Origin: Gammaproteobacteria bacterium
Lineage (GTDB): Bacteria; Pseudomonadota; Gammaproteobacteria; CBDBNL01; JAAOII01
Length of the DNA stretch: 64,000 bases
Reading direction: 5' to 3'
Assembly (NCBI GenBank): GCA_965209035.1
Contig: OZ242372.1
Span: forward strand, 352,001-416,000
The position numbers and the translations under genes were made by a program. Shown in pieces: positions 1 to 9,460 of the stretch (position 1 is its first letter; every line of letters begins with the position of its first letter). The notes beneath the pieces are model-generated. The model saw nothing but the letters and a program-made list of their open reading frames with translations. It was not told the DNA's origin and did not search any database.

Positions 1-603
1 CGTTGCCATCATCCGCGGTTTCGGCTTAAGAGTGAACACCCAAAGAATGAGAGCCAACAAGATCCCCTCAAGCAAAAGTTCATACAGCTGCGAAGGATGG
101 CGCGGCAACTGCGTCGGGGCATGCGGAAAGATGACGCCCCAATTACCGCCGGTTTCTTTGCCCCACAATTCGCCATTAATGAAGTTGCCCAGACGCCCGA
201 ATGCCAAACCGACCGTGCTAACACTCATAATGAAATCGCTGAAATCCCAAGGGTTGATCCCGCGCGATCTGGCAAAGAGTATAAAAGTGACTCCCACACT
301 GATGACCGCCCCGTGAAATGACATCCCGCCCTGCCAGATAAAAAAGAGACTGAGCGGATTTTGAACCAGCGCGCCAAAGTTGTAAAACAACATATAACCA
401 AGGCGACCGCCAAGAATGATCGCCAACATCAGCCAGAACAGGCAATCCCAAAGTGCCGCGGAGGTGAAATTCAACCTGTGCCGCCGCAGGTGTGCCAACC
501 CGATTGCCGTGAAAAAAGCCAGCATATACATTACGCCATACCAATGCACTTGGATAAACCCCAAGTCCAAGGCAACGGGTGATAAGTTGTGTGTGTAGAT
601 CAT
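1..603 (-). CDS. lgt: Prolipoprotein diacylglyceryl transferase (3' end runs off the window)
   Basis: Not in the ORF track. Manual minus-strand translation from ATG at 603 gives MIYTHNLSPVALDLGFIQVHWYGVMY...IILGGRLGYMLFY...IWQGGMSFHG, which are typical Lgt motifs. Confidence 0.93.
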   Translation of the reverse strand, partial: MIYTHNLSPVALDLGFIQVHWYGVMYMLAFFTAIGLAHLRRHRLNFTSAALWDCLFWLMLAIILGGRLGYMLFYNFGALVQNPLSLFFIWQGGMSFHGAVISVGVTFILFARSRGINPWDFSDFIMSVSTVGLAFGRLGNFINGELWGKETGGNWGVIFPHAPTQLPRHPSQLYELLLEGILLALILWVFTLKPKPRMMAT

Positions 604-630
604 CGTTATTGTTTGTTGTTTGTTATTTGT

Positions 631-696
631 TGTTTTTTAATGTTTTTTTAATGTTTTTTTAATGTTTTTTTAATGTTTTTTTTAATGTTTAATGTT
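631..696. repeat. Simple tandem repeat TG(T)nAA, about 6 copies, upstream of lgt
   Basis: Directly visible units such as tgttttttaa with varying T-run length. Confidence 0.85.
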
Positions 697-862
697 GATA
701 GAAAAATCGGCTCGGTCAAAAGTTTTTCAAAAAGATCCGCGGTTCAAGGTTCGCGGTTCGCGGTGAGTGCCTTCCTGCCATCTTTTGAGAAAAGTTGACA
801 GCCGTTTTGCCGGTGCCAAGGCACCAATAACGGACAGTTCGAAATCTTGCGGCATCACCCGA

Positions 863-1858
863 CTAATAGGCACCGCGAATATGAGAACGGACCTTGTCAT
901 CATAAAAGGCGCGCAAGGTCTGAAGCAGGGTTGCACTCAAAGGCGGGATCTTAGATGCTTTCGCGCTGTTGGCAATCTGTTCGGCACGCGTCGCACCGGG
1001 AATGACTACGGAAACACCGAGTTGATCCAGACACCAACGCAACGCAAACTGCGACATCGGCACACCGGACGGAACATAAGAACGCAACTCATCCACCAGT
1101 TCCAACCCCTTCTCAAACGGCAGACCGCCAAAGGTTTCGCCCACATTAAATGCCTGACCGTCGCGGTTGAAGTGCCGATGATCCGTTTCAACAAAAGTTG
1201 TTCGTTTGTTGAACTTACCGCTCAACAGGCCGCTGTTAAGCGGTAATCGGACAATGATGCCAATCCGCTTTTCCGCCGCCAATGGCAGGACCTCTTGCAA
1301 TGCCTTCTGACGCAACACATTAAAAATGATTTGCAGCGAATACATATCCGGATGCTCCATACACAGCATCGCTTCCTCCATACTTTCCACACTGGCACCG
1401 AAACGCCGGATTTTGCCGGCAGTGCGAAGCTCTCTTAAAATCTCAAACACCTCGCCGTCGCGCACGACATCCGTCGGCACACAATGGGTCTGCACCAGAT
1501 CTAAAGTTTCCACACCCAGATTCCGCAAAGACCTGTCAATGCACCCTGTCACATTCTCTCGGGTATATTGATTGGGATACACCAGATCCCGGCGTCCCAC
1601 TTTGGTGGCAACAAACAGGTTCTTGGCACCTTGTTTGCTCTGCTTTTTGATGAACTGCCCGACCAACTTTTCGCTGCGACCGTCGCCGTAAACATCCGCC
1701 GTGTCGTAAAAGGTAATCCCGTTTTCCAGCGCGACATCCAAAATGCGATGGGCTTCCTCTTCGCTGACATTGCCCCATTCGGCACCGCCCAACTGCCAAC
1801 ACCCCAGACCTAACTCCGAAACCGAAAGTTCGTCCTTGCCAAAACTTCTATTATGCAT
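863..1858 (-). CDS. Aldo/keto reductase
   Basis: Motifs LGLGCWQLGG, FYDTADVYGDGRSE, ATK, SLRNLGVETLDLVQTH and VIPGA. Confidence 0.93.
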   Translation of the reverse strand: MHNRSFGKDELSVSELGLGCWQLGGAEWGNVSEEEAHRILDVALENGITFYDTADVYGDGRSEKLVGQFIKKQSKQGAKNLFVATKVGRRDLVYPNQYTRENVTGCIDRSLRNLGVETLDLVQTHCVPTDVVRDGEVFEILRELRTAGKIRRFGASVESMEEAMLCMEHPDMYSLQIIFNVLRQKALQEVLPLAAEKRIGIIVRLPLNSGLLSGKFNKRTTFVETDHRHFNRDGQAFNVGETFGGLPFEKGLELVDELRSYVPSGVPMSQFALRWCLDQLGVSVVIPGATRAEQIANSAKASKIPPLSATLLQTLRAFYDDKVRSHIRGAY

Positions 1859-2061
1859 CTTTCTTTTTATTTATCTTTATTTATATTTATTTATATTGTT
1901 CTCTTTTGTATTTGTAATTGTAATCATCCGGATTGAATGGCGGGTTAAATAACGCCACTCTCTAATGCCACACGATTAATAAGATTTTAAGAGAGACCGC
2001 CTTGTTTTATGACCCTCCGCAGTGAATCTTTGCGGTATTTTAGTTTTTTGCGGATGTGTGG

Positions 2062-3261
2062 CTAGTTGCCTTGCCCGCTGGTCTGCCCGTCAAAGAGTGT
2101 CTCAAATACAGAAGTCCAACTTTCGGCGAAGCCGTCGCCCTCGCGCCGAATAAAATAGGCGGCAACCTGTTCCCGTTCGGCTATGGCACGCCCCCGCTCT
2201 TCTCCCAAAACCAACAACGCAGTCGCCCAAGCATCGGCGATGACCGTGCGCGGATGCGCCACAGACACAGATGCCAGCGTATGTTGCGCCGGACTGCCGG
2301 TGGCGGGATCTATGATGTGCGAATAACGCGTCCCGTTGCGTTCGTAGTAATTCCGATAGTCGCCGGATGTCGCCATGCCCAGGTTGTTCATATTCACAAT
2401 TCGCTGAATTGCTTTGCCACCCGAAACGGGCGCTTCTATGGCAATACGCCAAGGCTGCGGTTGCTTGCCCTTGCCGTCCCCTCGCCGAGACGGACGATAA
2501 CCCCGCGCCAAAATTTCCCCGCCAATCTCCGCCAAATAATCCCGCACACCCATATCCTCCAGAACCGCGCCCGCCTCATCCACCGCATAGCCCTTCGCAA
2601 TGGCAGAAAGATCCAAGTAAAGCGGGACTCTTTTCGTTAGAACCATGGCGGGCAGGTCTATATCCAATTGATGCGTTCCCGTCCGCTTGCGGGCTTCCAG
2701 AATCTCCGCCTCGTCCGGCACCCGGGTCAGTTCGCCCGCCGGACCAAAGCCCCACAGATTAACCAGAGGACCCACCGTAATATCAAACGCACCCCCTGTC
2801 TCCGAATTCAGTTTGATACTCAACAATAACATCTGTGCCAGTTCCTCGCTCACCCTCATTGGCACACCCGCCTCAGCCAGGTTCAGTTGGCTCAACTCCG
2901 AATCCTTATTCCAAGTGGACATCACCGCATCTATCTCCTGCAACCGCCCCAAAATGGCAGTTTGCACCTCCGTCTCGGCAGGCGTCTCCGCCCCAGCGAC
3001 ATACTTGACAGAATAATAAGTGCCGAAGATCTCACCGCGCAAAGTATGCAACTTGTCCTCGCCCGACCGCACGCAAGATGCCAGCAAGAGGACGCAGGCA
3101 AGTGTGGCTGCTGTTTTTGTTTTCAAGACGGGGCGGGTGTTGAGTGCATTAATAAGTGGCGTCCTAATGTCTGAAACAGGGCGCAAGAAAAAGGCAAAGA
3201 ATGTGAAGTTCAACACCTTCTTTTTTACTTTACCCGCAAATAACACAACAATAACTATCAC
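2062..3261 (-). CDS. apbE: FAD:protein FMN transferase (ApbE family lipoprotein); true start probably about 100-150 bp downstream of the ORF start
   Basis: Lipobox LLASC, GAFDITVGPLVNLWGF, DLSAIAKGYAVD, ATSGDYRNY and SHIIDP. Confidence 0.92.
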   Translation of the reverse strand: MIVIVVLFAGKVKKKVLNFTFFAFFLRPVSDIRTPLINALNTRPVLKTKTAATLACVLLLASCVRSGEDKLHTLRGEIFGTYYSVKYVAGAETPAETEVQTAILGRLQEIDAVMSTWNKDSELSQLNLAEAGVPMRVSEELAQMLLLSIKLNSETGGAFDITVGPLVNLWGFGPAGELTRVPDEAEILEARKRTGTHQLDIDLPAMVLTKRVPLYLDLSAIAKGYAVDEAGAVLEDMGVRDYLAEIGGEILARGYRPSRRGDGKGKQPQPWRIAIEAPVSGGKAIQRIVNMNNLGMATSGDYRNYYERNGTRYSHIIDPATGSPAQHTLASVSVAHPRTVIADAWATALLVLGEERGRAIAEREQVAAYFIRREGDGFAESWTSVFETLFDGQTSGQGN

Positions 3262-3365
3262 GATTTAAGATTGCTTCTTTCTGTTTGGCAGAAAGATCTT
3301 TAAGATGAGTTTGTAATTTTTGTTTTTCTTTGGTAGTCATCTTTCAACTACAAAGTCGGCAATTT

Positions 3366-4064
3366 TTATTGCAAAGAATTCAAGTAATCCAGAAAATTGG
3401 TAATGACTTTTTTACTCTCGTTTTCTTTCATTAGAAAGTCTGCCCACTTGGGGGGAGAAATTCTACTCGGATGCTGTATACAAATAAATGACACTTCTCC
3501 TCTTCTACAAACTTGAGGTATCCCCCAACCTATTTTTTTACGCGCCCCCCACTTATAGCCTTCTTTTTCTGTTAAGTCCCCGTCCCAAGGCATCATAGCA
3601 CTCCATATCAAACATAGATCTGGTTTTATGATATCCAAGACACCATGTAATGCCGCCTTACCTGCTTCAATGTCTTGGGAGTTTCGAGGATGCCATCCTA
3701 TCTCTGCGGAACTAAACTGTAGAAAATTTGTGAAAGCCACAGAACTCCATACCTGTTGTCGCATCAGTTCCCCATCGGAGACATTCTGCCCTCTTATGTT
3801 AAGTCCTTCAACAAATATTTTTACGAACGCATTAAGTCCTTTTGTACCGGGATGATTATTCTCGATCGCAATACTATTAATTATTTCAATGGTGAGCCCT
3901 TTACCGTCGTACACAAGACCTTCTTCGTGCCATTTGTCGGTACCGGCCCCAACTACCAGAATTTTTGTTTTGTGATAGTTCTTACCGACCCAAGGATACC
4001 AAGCCAAATGAGGAATCTTATCAAAGCGAGAGTCAAATTTAGGAGTATTAAATTGTTTGTTCAT
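3366..4064 (-). CDS. Hypothetical protein, uracil-DNA-glycosylase-superfamily-like
   Basis: Ordered motifs PWVGKNY..KILVVG, VAFTNFLQ, KPDLCLIW and IQHPS match the layout of UDG-like families. The family assignment is from recall. Confidence 0.6.
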   Translation of the reverse strand: MNKQFNTPKFDSRFDKIPHLAWYPWVGKNYHKTKILVVGAGTDKWHEEGLVYDGKGLTIEIINSIAIENNHPGTKGLNAFVKIFVEGLNIRGQNVSDGELMRQQVWSSVAFTNFLQFSSAEIGWHPRNSQDIEAGKAALHGVLDIIKPDLCLIWSAMMPWDGDLTEKEGYKWGARKKIGWGIPQVCRRGEVSFICIQHPSRISPPKWADFLMKENESKKVITNFLDYLNSLQ

Positions 4065-4115
4065 GATTATTTTTTATGTTGATATAATCATCGGACATAA
4101 CAAAGTTATTTAAAG

Positions 4116-5963
4116 TTATACATCAAAAAACGACAGGTCCCAGATTTCCTCGGCAATCTGTTTATAAAGTTCTTGGCGTTCTTCTATGGCTTTCTTACCG
4201 AACTCTTTATAGGATTCAAAATTTAGTCCTTTGTTGTTATTGACAAAATTCGGGTTGCGTTCATAGCACTCCTTACACAAAGACTGTGCCAAAAGATTTT
4301 CTTTCAAGTAATGTTTTACTTTTTTGTCGTAAGGCGCGTCCGAGTAGGATTGATTGGTCCCTTGTGGCACCAATATCAACCCGCCAACCATGTTGCGTGT
4401 TCTATCAAACTCCATTTCACCACTATATTCATTTTGATACCTTTGATACTTATCCGCCAGGATATGTTCTATCTCATAGGGCTTGCCCTTGGTTTCCATA
4501 TACTTCCGCAGAGATGAATCCATCCCGGATTTTTGTTCAATATGAGCAGTCAAACAAGCAAGCAAGAACTTAATAAATTTACCATTGGCACGGTTTTTCC
4601 TTAAGGGACCATACTCTCTACTATTGACAATTCCACGAAATGTATCTTCCATTTTTTCCAATTTTCCTTTTAGAATTTCTCCCAAAGAAGACAGATCTTT
4701 AAATCGGATCTGTTGCACCAATTCATACATCTGAATCCGGAAGGCACTGTGTCCGTACCTCAAAAAATTAACCGCACGCCTCACACAAAATGTTTCCACA
4801 TAACGAGCAACCATATTCAATTTACGCTTGACAGTCTCCGCATCATCGTCTTCCTTAATCGGTGCCAATAATAAGGGATGCAATAAAGATTCGGCAAACC
4901 TCAAGAAATTAACGCGATACAAATGCTCCAAACCGACAACTGGCACTTTCATAGCCCCATGATATTCCAAAAACCATTTAACATAAAAGGCCATCTTGCC
5001 GTCAATGAAGCCATACCAATTTTCCTTTGGCTCAAATTTTAGTTTCTCTTTTCTGACCCACATATGAAACTGCGTGCCGATTTGCTCAAAATCTTTGTTC
5101 ACCTTATCTTGGCTTTTCCTGATTGTCTTAGCATAGTGTGCTCGCAACAAAGCCTGAAAAAATACACTATCCTCATTTTTCCTAAGTGCATTCATTTGCT
5201 GCATAAGATTCTGCCATTTCTTATTAATCTCTTGTTTCTTATCACTCACACCAGATATTAAATAGGCTTTTAACATGTCTACTGCATCCAAGCTCAGACC
5301 ACGACCATTCATCGTTTCAAACACCAAATAGGCCTTATCGTCTGTGCCGGCTGTAATGTCAACCAAAATGACTTTATCAATGAGCCAATAAATAAATGAA
5401 CGCATAACCTTTGCATCGCTTAAATAACTATTGTCAAACGCCCCGGCAATATCAGCATACCGCTTCTTTATGTTCTCGACACTTGCCGTATCTTCCGGTT
5501 TGGATGAGTAGTCTCCTTCTTCCAAAAGAGCGCGCATGCATCTGTCTCTACTCTGATCGTGAATTCTAAAGTTCGGTGTGCCAAGATCATCTGCATAAAT
5601 TAATTCCCTAATACCCACTTGCTCGTCTGTCTCGAGACGTTCCTCCTGACGATGCTTCAAGCACAGAAGAAGCAAACTCAATGAAGTTAATCTTTGCTGC
5701 CCATCCACTATGGCCTTTTCATTATTTTTACCGGTACTAAATACAACCGGACCCATATAGTAGGTGCCGTATTCGCGCACACTCTCCGTGCCATGTTTTT
5801 GTTGATAAAACTCAAGAAAGGCTGTTTGCAAGTCTTCCATCAATTGAAGCACCTGTTCTTCTCCCCAGTCATACTCGCGCTGATAATAATCCAGTATATA
5901 GTGTTGCCCCAGTATCTCTCTCAGATTTTTTTCTTTGGCAGTAATGTCGTTTTTGTTTTGCAT
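4116..5963 (-). CDS. DUF262 + DUF1524 (GmrSD-like) putative modification-dependent restriction protein
   Basis: DUF262 motifs YQREYDW, VDGQQRLT and FETMNGRG; C-terminal HNH-like EIEHI...NMVGGLILV...N. Confidence 0.88.
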   Translation of the reverse strand: MQNKNDITAKEKNLREILGQHYILDYYQREYDWGEEQVLQLMEDLQTAFLEFYQQKHGTESVREYGTYYMGPVVFSTGKNNEKAIVDGQQRLTSLSLLLLCLKHRQEERLETDEQVGIRELIYADDLGTPNFRIHDQSRDRCMRALLEEGDYSSKPEDTASVENIKKRYADIAGAFDNSYLSDAKVMRSFIYWLIDKVILVDITAGTDDKAYLVFETMNGRGLSLDAVDMLKAYLISGVSDKKQEINKKWQNLMQQMNALRKNEDSVFFQALLRAHYAKTIRKSQDKVNKDFEQIGTQFHMWVRKEKLKFEPKENWYGFIDGKMAFYVKWFLEYHGAMKVPVVGLEHLYRVNFLRFAESLLHPLLLAPIKEDDDAETVKRKLNMVARYVETFCVRRAVNFLRYGHSAFRIQMYELVQQIRFKDLSSLGEILKGKLEKMEDTFRGIVNSREYGPLRKNRANGKFIKFLLACLTAHIEQKSGMDSSLRKYMETKGKPYEIEHILADKYQRYQNEYSGEMEFDRTRNMVGGLILVPQGTNQSYSDAPYDKKVKHYLKENLLAQSLCKECYERNPNFVNNNKGLNFESYKEFGKKAIEERQELYKQIAEEIWDLSFFDV

Positions 5964-6112
5964 GATGATTAATAATTAATGTTGTTGTAAATAATTCTAT
6001 CGGCAAAAACCATAGCATCGACTAATCTTACTTGCGTTTTGATAACCGGGTAAGCCCATAAGAAAGTATAAAAAATCATATAAGAAGTGAAGCAAGGTGC
6101 TTCTGCGATATG

Positions 6113-7231
6113 TCAATTAAAAGAAATGATATATTTTGACAGGTCATATTCTTTCCCAGTCTTTGAAAAGTAGAAGGCAAAAGTCCTACTACCTTCGTTT
6201 CTTATAAAAAGATGATAAGCAGTACTATCTTCACTCTCTGTTGTCCCGCAATGTGTAAACAAAGAATCCATAACCGCTATGGGAACCAAACAAGCACTCT
6301 TTTTATCTGCAAATCCTAAAAATACATATCCTTGTTTAACACTCATCAAAAATTTAATTTGCTTTGTATTCAGTGTATACCAATAATCATAGCTATTGCT
6401 GATGCCATATCTCTTACTGATCATTAAACGCACCGCAGTCCCGGTTTGCTTATCTATGTGTTCTGCCATGGTTCGACGGCTAAGTGTTACTTGATACTTC
6501 CGGTTGAGTGCTTCTATCATTTTGTCTCTGATCTTCGCAATCGTTTGATTGCTATCGTTTTCTATTACCTCTTCTTTTTCTTCATCTTCTCGCTCTCGCA
6601 GCATCCTTCGGTACGACAATGTCTTGCCTGCATACATCCAACCTACAAGCCCGTTTGCGGCAGACCATTTATAACCAAGTTTCTTGTAAGCCTTCAAAGC
6701 AGCCGCGCTAAGAGAGAGCGTTTTACCTTCATAGTCGACTTTGTAATCCGATACGACTTCACAAGTAACAGATATATCACGGGCAAATTGTAAAATGGTG
6801 CCAACCGGAATTCCCAAATCTGTAATTTTGAAATGGAGTTTTTTATCCTTGAATTGCATTGTTTTTTTCAAAGCGGGCCCGTCCGCTGCCTCTGAAAAAA
6901 TATCTTCCTTTGGTGTAACCTCTTTGATAAATTGTGCCGAAGCAATTGAAATAGCTTCCTTCACTTGATCGGGATCAATCCGAAAAAACTCTCTTCTGTG
7001 ACGCACTCTTTGATCAGTAAAAACTCGATGAAGTTTCTTTTCTAACAAATTCGCATTATCCACTTCGGCTGCATAATAGCACCTAAAAGGAAGAGGAACT
7101 CCGGTGGAGTCAAGACCTTTAATTCTTTTTTCCAAATTATCGGTTTTTCCTATCTTGACCAAACCTGCCATCGATTCGTTGGTTAGGATGTAAATTATTT
7201 TACTTATTTTTATTATTTTGTATTTACTCAT
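6113..7231 (-). CDS. T5orf172/GIY-YIG nuclease-family protein with a RAMA/DUF4357-like middle domain and a shared C-terminal domain (paralogue 1)
   Basis: YILTN..M.GLVKIGKT..LEKRIK.L..TGVPLPF...EKKLH....RV..RREFF; middle domain LGIPVG..LQF...SLSAAA...W.Y.GKTL. Confidence 0.85.
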   Translation of the reverse strand: MSKYKIIKISKIIYILTNESMAGLVKIGKTDNLEKRIKGLDSTGVPLPFRCYYAAEVDNANLLEKKLHRVFTDQRVRHRREFFRIDPDQVKEAISIASAQFIKEVTPKEDIFSEAADGPALKKTMQFKDKKLHFKITDLGIPVGTILQFARDISVTCEVVSDYKVDYEGKTLSLSAAALKAYKKLGYKWSAANGLVGWMYAGKTLSYRRMLREREDEEKEEVIENDSNQTIAKIRDKMIEALNRKYQVTLSRRTMAEHIDKQTGTAVRLMISKRYGISNSYDYWYTLNTKQIKFLMSVKQGYVFLGFADKKSACLVPIAVMDSLFTHCGTTESEDSTAYHLFIRNEGSRTFAFYFSKTGKEYDLSKYIISFN

Positions 7232-7239
7232 GGGTTGAG

Positions 7240-7360
7240 TACTCGGTAAAAATCATAGTACCACCAAATCTTACTTGCATGTTGGTATCAATATATGATA
7301 CGGAGGATGAATTCATATGTAAGGTTTTACTCCCTCTTTGAATAAGTTGATATCTCATTA
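7240..7360. repeat. Dispersed intergenic repeat (other copies at about 8227-8345 and, shorter, about 5999-6046)
   Basis: tcggtaaaaatcatagtaccaccaaatcttac vs tcggtaaaaaccataacaccaccaaactttac vs tcggcaaaaaccatagcatcgactaatcttac. The two long copies also share tgaattcatatgtaa. Confidence 0.8.
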
Positions 7361-7365
7361 GTCAA

Positions 7366-8193
7366 TTAAGCAATATCAATGATGTATTTTGACAGATCAT
7401 ACTCCGGCACACCTTTTGGAAAATAAAATGTGAGTTTACCGTCATGTCTTGATTTAACATAAAAATGATAACCATTTCGTTTCTCTGTTACCCCGCAATA
7501 TTTAAGCAACGGATCTATATCCGCTATCGGCACCAAACAAACAATATTTTTATCCATAAAGCCAAAACATACATATCCTCGTTGAATATTTTTTATATAG
7601 ACCATTTGCCGGCCATACAGCGTATACCAATAATTATGAGTACTTTTATCATCTCTATTGCTTACTATTAAACACACTGCTGTCCCGGTTTGCTCATCTA
7701 TGTATACCGATGGCATTTTTCTAACCTTAACAAGTGTAATGCCAAGTTTTCGTTGGATTGGTTTTATCATTTTCTTTCTGACATCTTGAACTGTTAACAT
7801 TCCATTCATTTCTCTTACTTCTTCTTTTTCTTCTTCCTGTTCGATTCCTTGTTCTTGTAACACCTTCTGTGTTGTTTTTTTCTTCCCTACCCGATATGTT
7901 ACATCTTTAAAGATAAATTGTGTTGAAGCAATATCAATGACGCATTTGACTTGATGAGGGTCCAATTCAAAAAAACCTTTTGAAGGATTCACTCTTTTAT
8001 CAACAAAAACTTCATTAATTTTCTTTTCCAGAAAACTTGCTTTATCCATTTCGGCCGCGTAATAACATTGAAAAGGATCGGGAAGATCCGCGGTATCCAG
8101 TGAGTTAATGAGTTGTTCCAGATTCTTTATTCTGCCTACTTTTACACAATCCTTCAGTGACTTATTGGTTAAGATATAAATTATTTCAGTCAT
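7366..8193 (-). CDS. T5orf172/GIY-YIG-like paralogue 2 (degenerate motif) with shared C-terminal domain
   Basis: MTEIIYILTN..VKVGR...CYYAAE; C-terminal YWYT...CLVPIA...YDLSKYII is shared with its neighbours. Confidence 0.8.
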   Translation of the reverse strand: MTEIIYILTNKSLKDCVKVGRIKNLEQLINSLDTADLPDPFQCYYAAEMDKASFLEKKINEVFVDKRVNPSKGFFELDPHQVKCVIDIASTQFIFKDVTYRVGKKKTTQKVLQEQGIEQEEEKEEVREMNGMLTVQDVRKKMIKPIQRKLGITLVKVRKMPSVYIDEQTGTAVCLIVSNRDDKSTHNYWYTLYGRQMVYIKNIQRGYVCFGFMDKNIVCLVPIADIDPLLKYCGVTEKRNGYHFYVKSRHDGKLTFYFPKGVPEYDLSKYIIDIA

Positions 8194-8350
8194 ATGTCTT
8201 ATTTTGTATTTATTAATAAATTGAATGCTCGGTAAAAACCATAACACCACCAAACTTTACTGGTATTTTGATAACAATAATATGACACGAAAAATGAATT
8301 CATATGTAAAGTTATACTCTCTTTTTGAAGTTCATGTCTCATTGTGCTAA

Positions 8351-9181
8351 CTAATCAAGATTAATGATATATTTTGACAGGTCATATTCTTTCCGGGTCT
8401 TGGAAAAATGGAATACCAAATTCCCGTTATCTTTTTCTTTTATAAAAAAATGATAACCAATGTCATCACCTCGCTCAGTTGTTCCGCAATTTCCAAGCAA
8501 AGAAGATATATCCGCTATTGGAACCAAACACGCAATTTTTTTATCCGTAAAACCGAAGCAGATATACCCCCGTTTAACATTCTTCAAAAATTGAATTTGA
8601 TTTGTATGCGGCGTATACCAATAATGATCATTATTGCTGATGTTATATTTCCTACTTACCATCAAACGCACTCCTGTCCCGGTTTGAAAATCTTCGTATT
8701 CTGCCTGCGTTCTTCTACGAAGGGTAATACCATTCTTCTGATTAATTGCTTCTACCATTTTTTCTCTTACAAGGAAAATTGCTGATCCTCGATTCACAGT
8801 ATCAACATTCGTAGGATTTGCTAAATAACCCTTCTTAGGAGTTACATCGGTAATGGCACCGGCAAGAACTTCCTCTAGGGTCACATGATTCTCAGGAGTT
8901 ACATCGGTAACTGCAGCGAATTCAAGGACTTTCTTTACTTGCTCCGGAGGCACTTGCAAGAATCCTTTTTTGTTGTTTACCATTTCATTCAGAAAAAATT
9001 TATGAAGCATCTTTTCCACCTGGCTCGCATTATCCACTTCGGCAGCATAATAACAGCGAAAAGGAAAAGGAACACTTGGAGTATCAAGTTTTTTTATTAC
9101 TTCTTTCAGGTCTTTTGCTCTGCCTACCTTTACAAAGCTTGCCATTGCAGAGTTAGTTAAAACATAAATTATTTCGTTCAT
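8351..9181 (-). CDS. T5orf172/GIY-YIG-like paralogue 3 (degenerate motif) with shared C-terminal domain
   Basis: MNEIIYVLTN..VKVGR...VPFPFRCYYAAEVDNA; C-terminal YWYT...ACLVPIA...EYDLSKYII. Confidence 0.8.
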   Translation of the reverse strand: MNEIIYVLTNSAMASFVKVGRAKDLKEVIKKLDTPSVPFPFRCYYAAEVDNASQVEKMLHKFFLNEMVNNKKGFLQVPPEQVKKVLEFAAVTDVTPENHVTLEEVLAGAITDVTPKKGYLANPTNVDTVNRGSAIFLVREKMVEAINQKNGITLRRRTQAEYEDFQTGTGVRLMVSRKYNISNNDHYWYTPHTNQIQFLKNVKRGYICFGFTDKKIACLVPIADISSLLGNCGTTERGDDIGYHFFIKEKDNGNLVFHFSKTRKEYDLSKYIINLD

Positions 9182-9460
9182 ATTATTCTATTTTGTATTG
9201 TTATATTTAATATTATTGACATCAGATTTTATATTCTCATATCAAGTAATAATATAAGAGGAAAAGTAAAAAAATAATGGATTATTTGTAAAAAATGACG
9301 ATTATTATAAAATAATAATTTTATATAAGGTATTTTTGTATAAAGTTGCTAAAAAACAAGCTAATTAAGAGTGCCAGACGCCATCCCTTCTACGCCACAA
9401 GCGAATAATGATAGCCTTGTGGCGGGATATTCAATCGTAAGGGATTAAAATATCTAAAAC

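Noticed and set aside
5999-8345. Integron attC cassette array
   Set aside because: The intergenic repeats lack the RYYYAAC...GTTRRRY palindromic structure, and no integrase is present.
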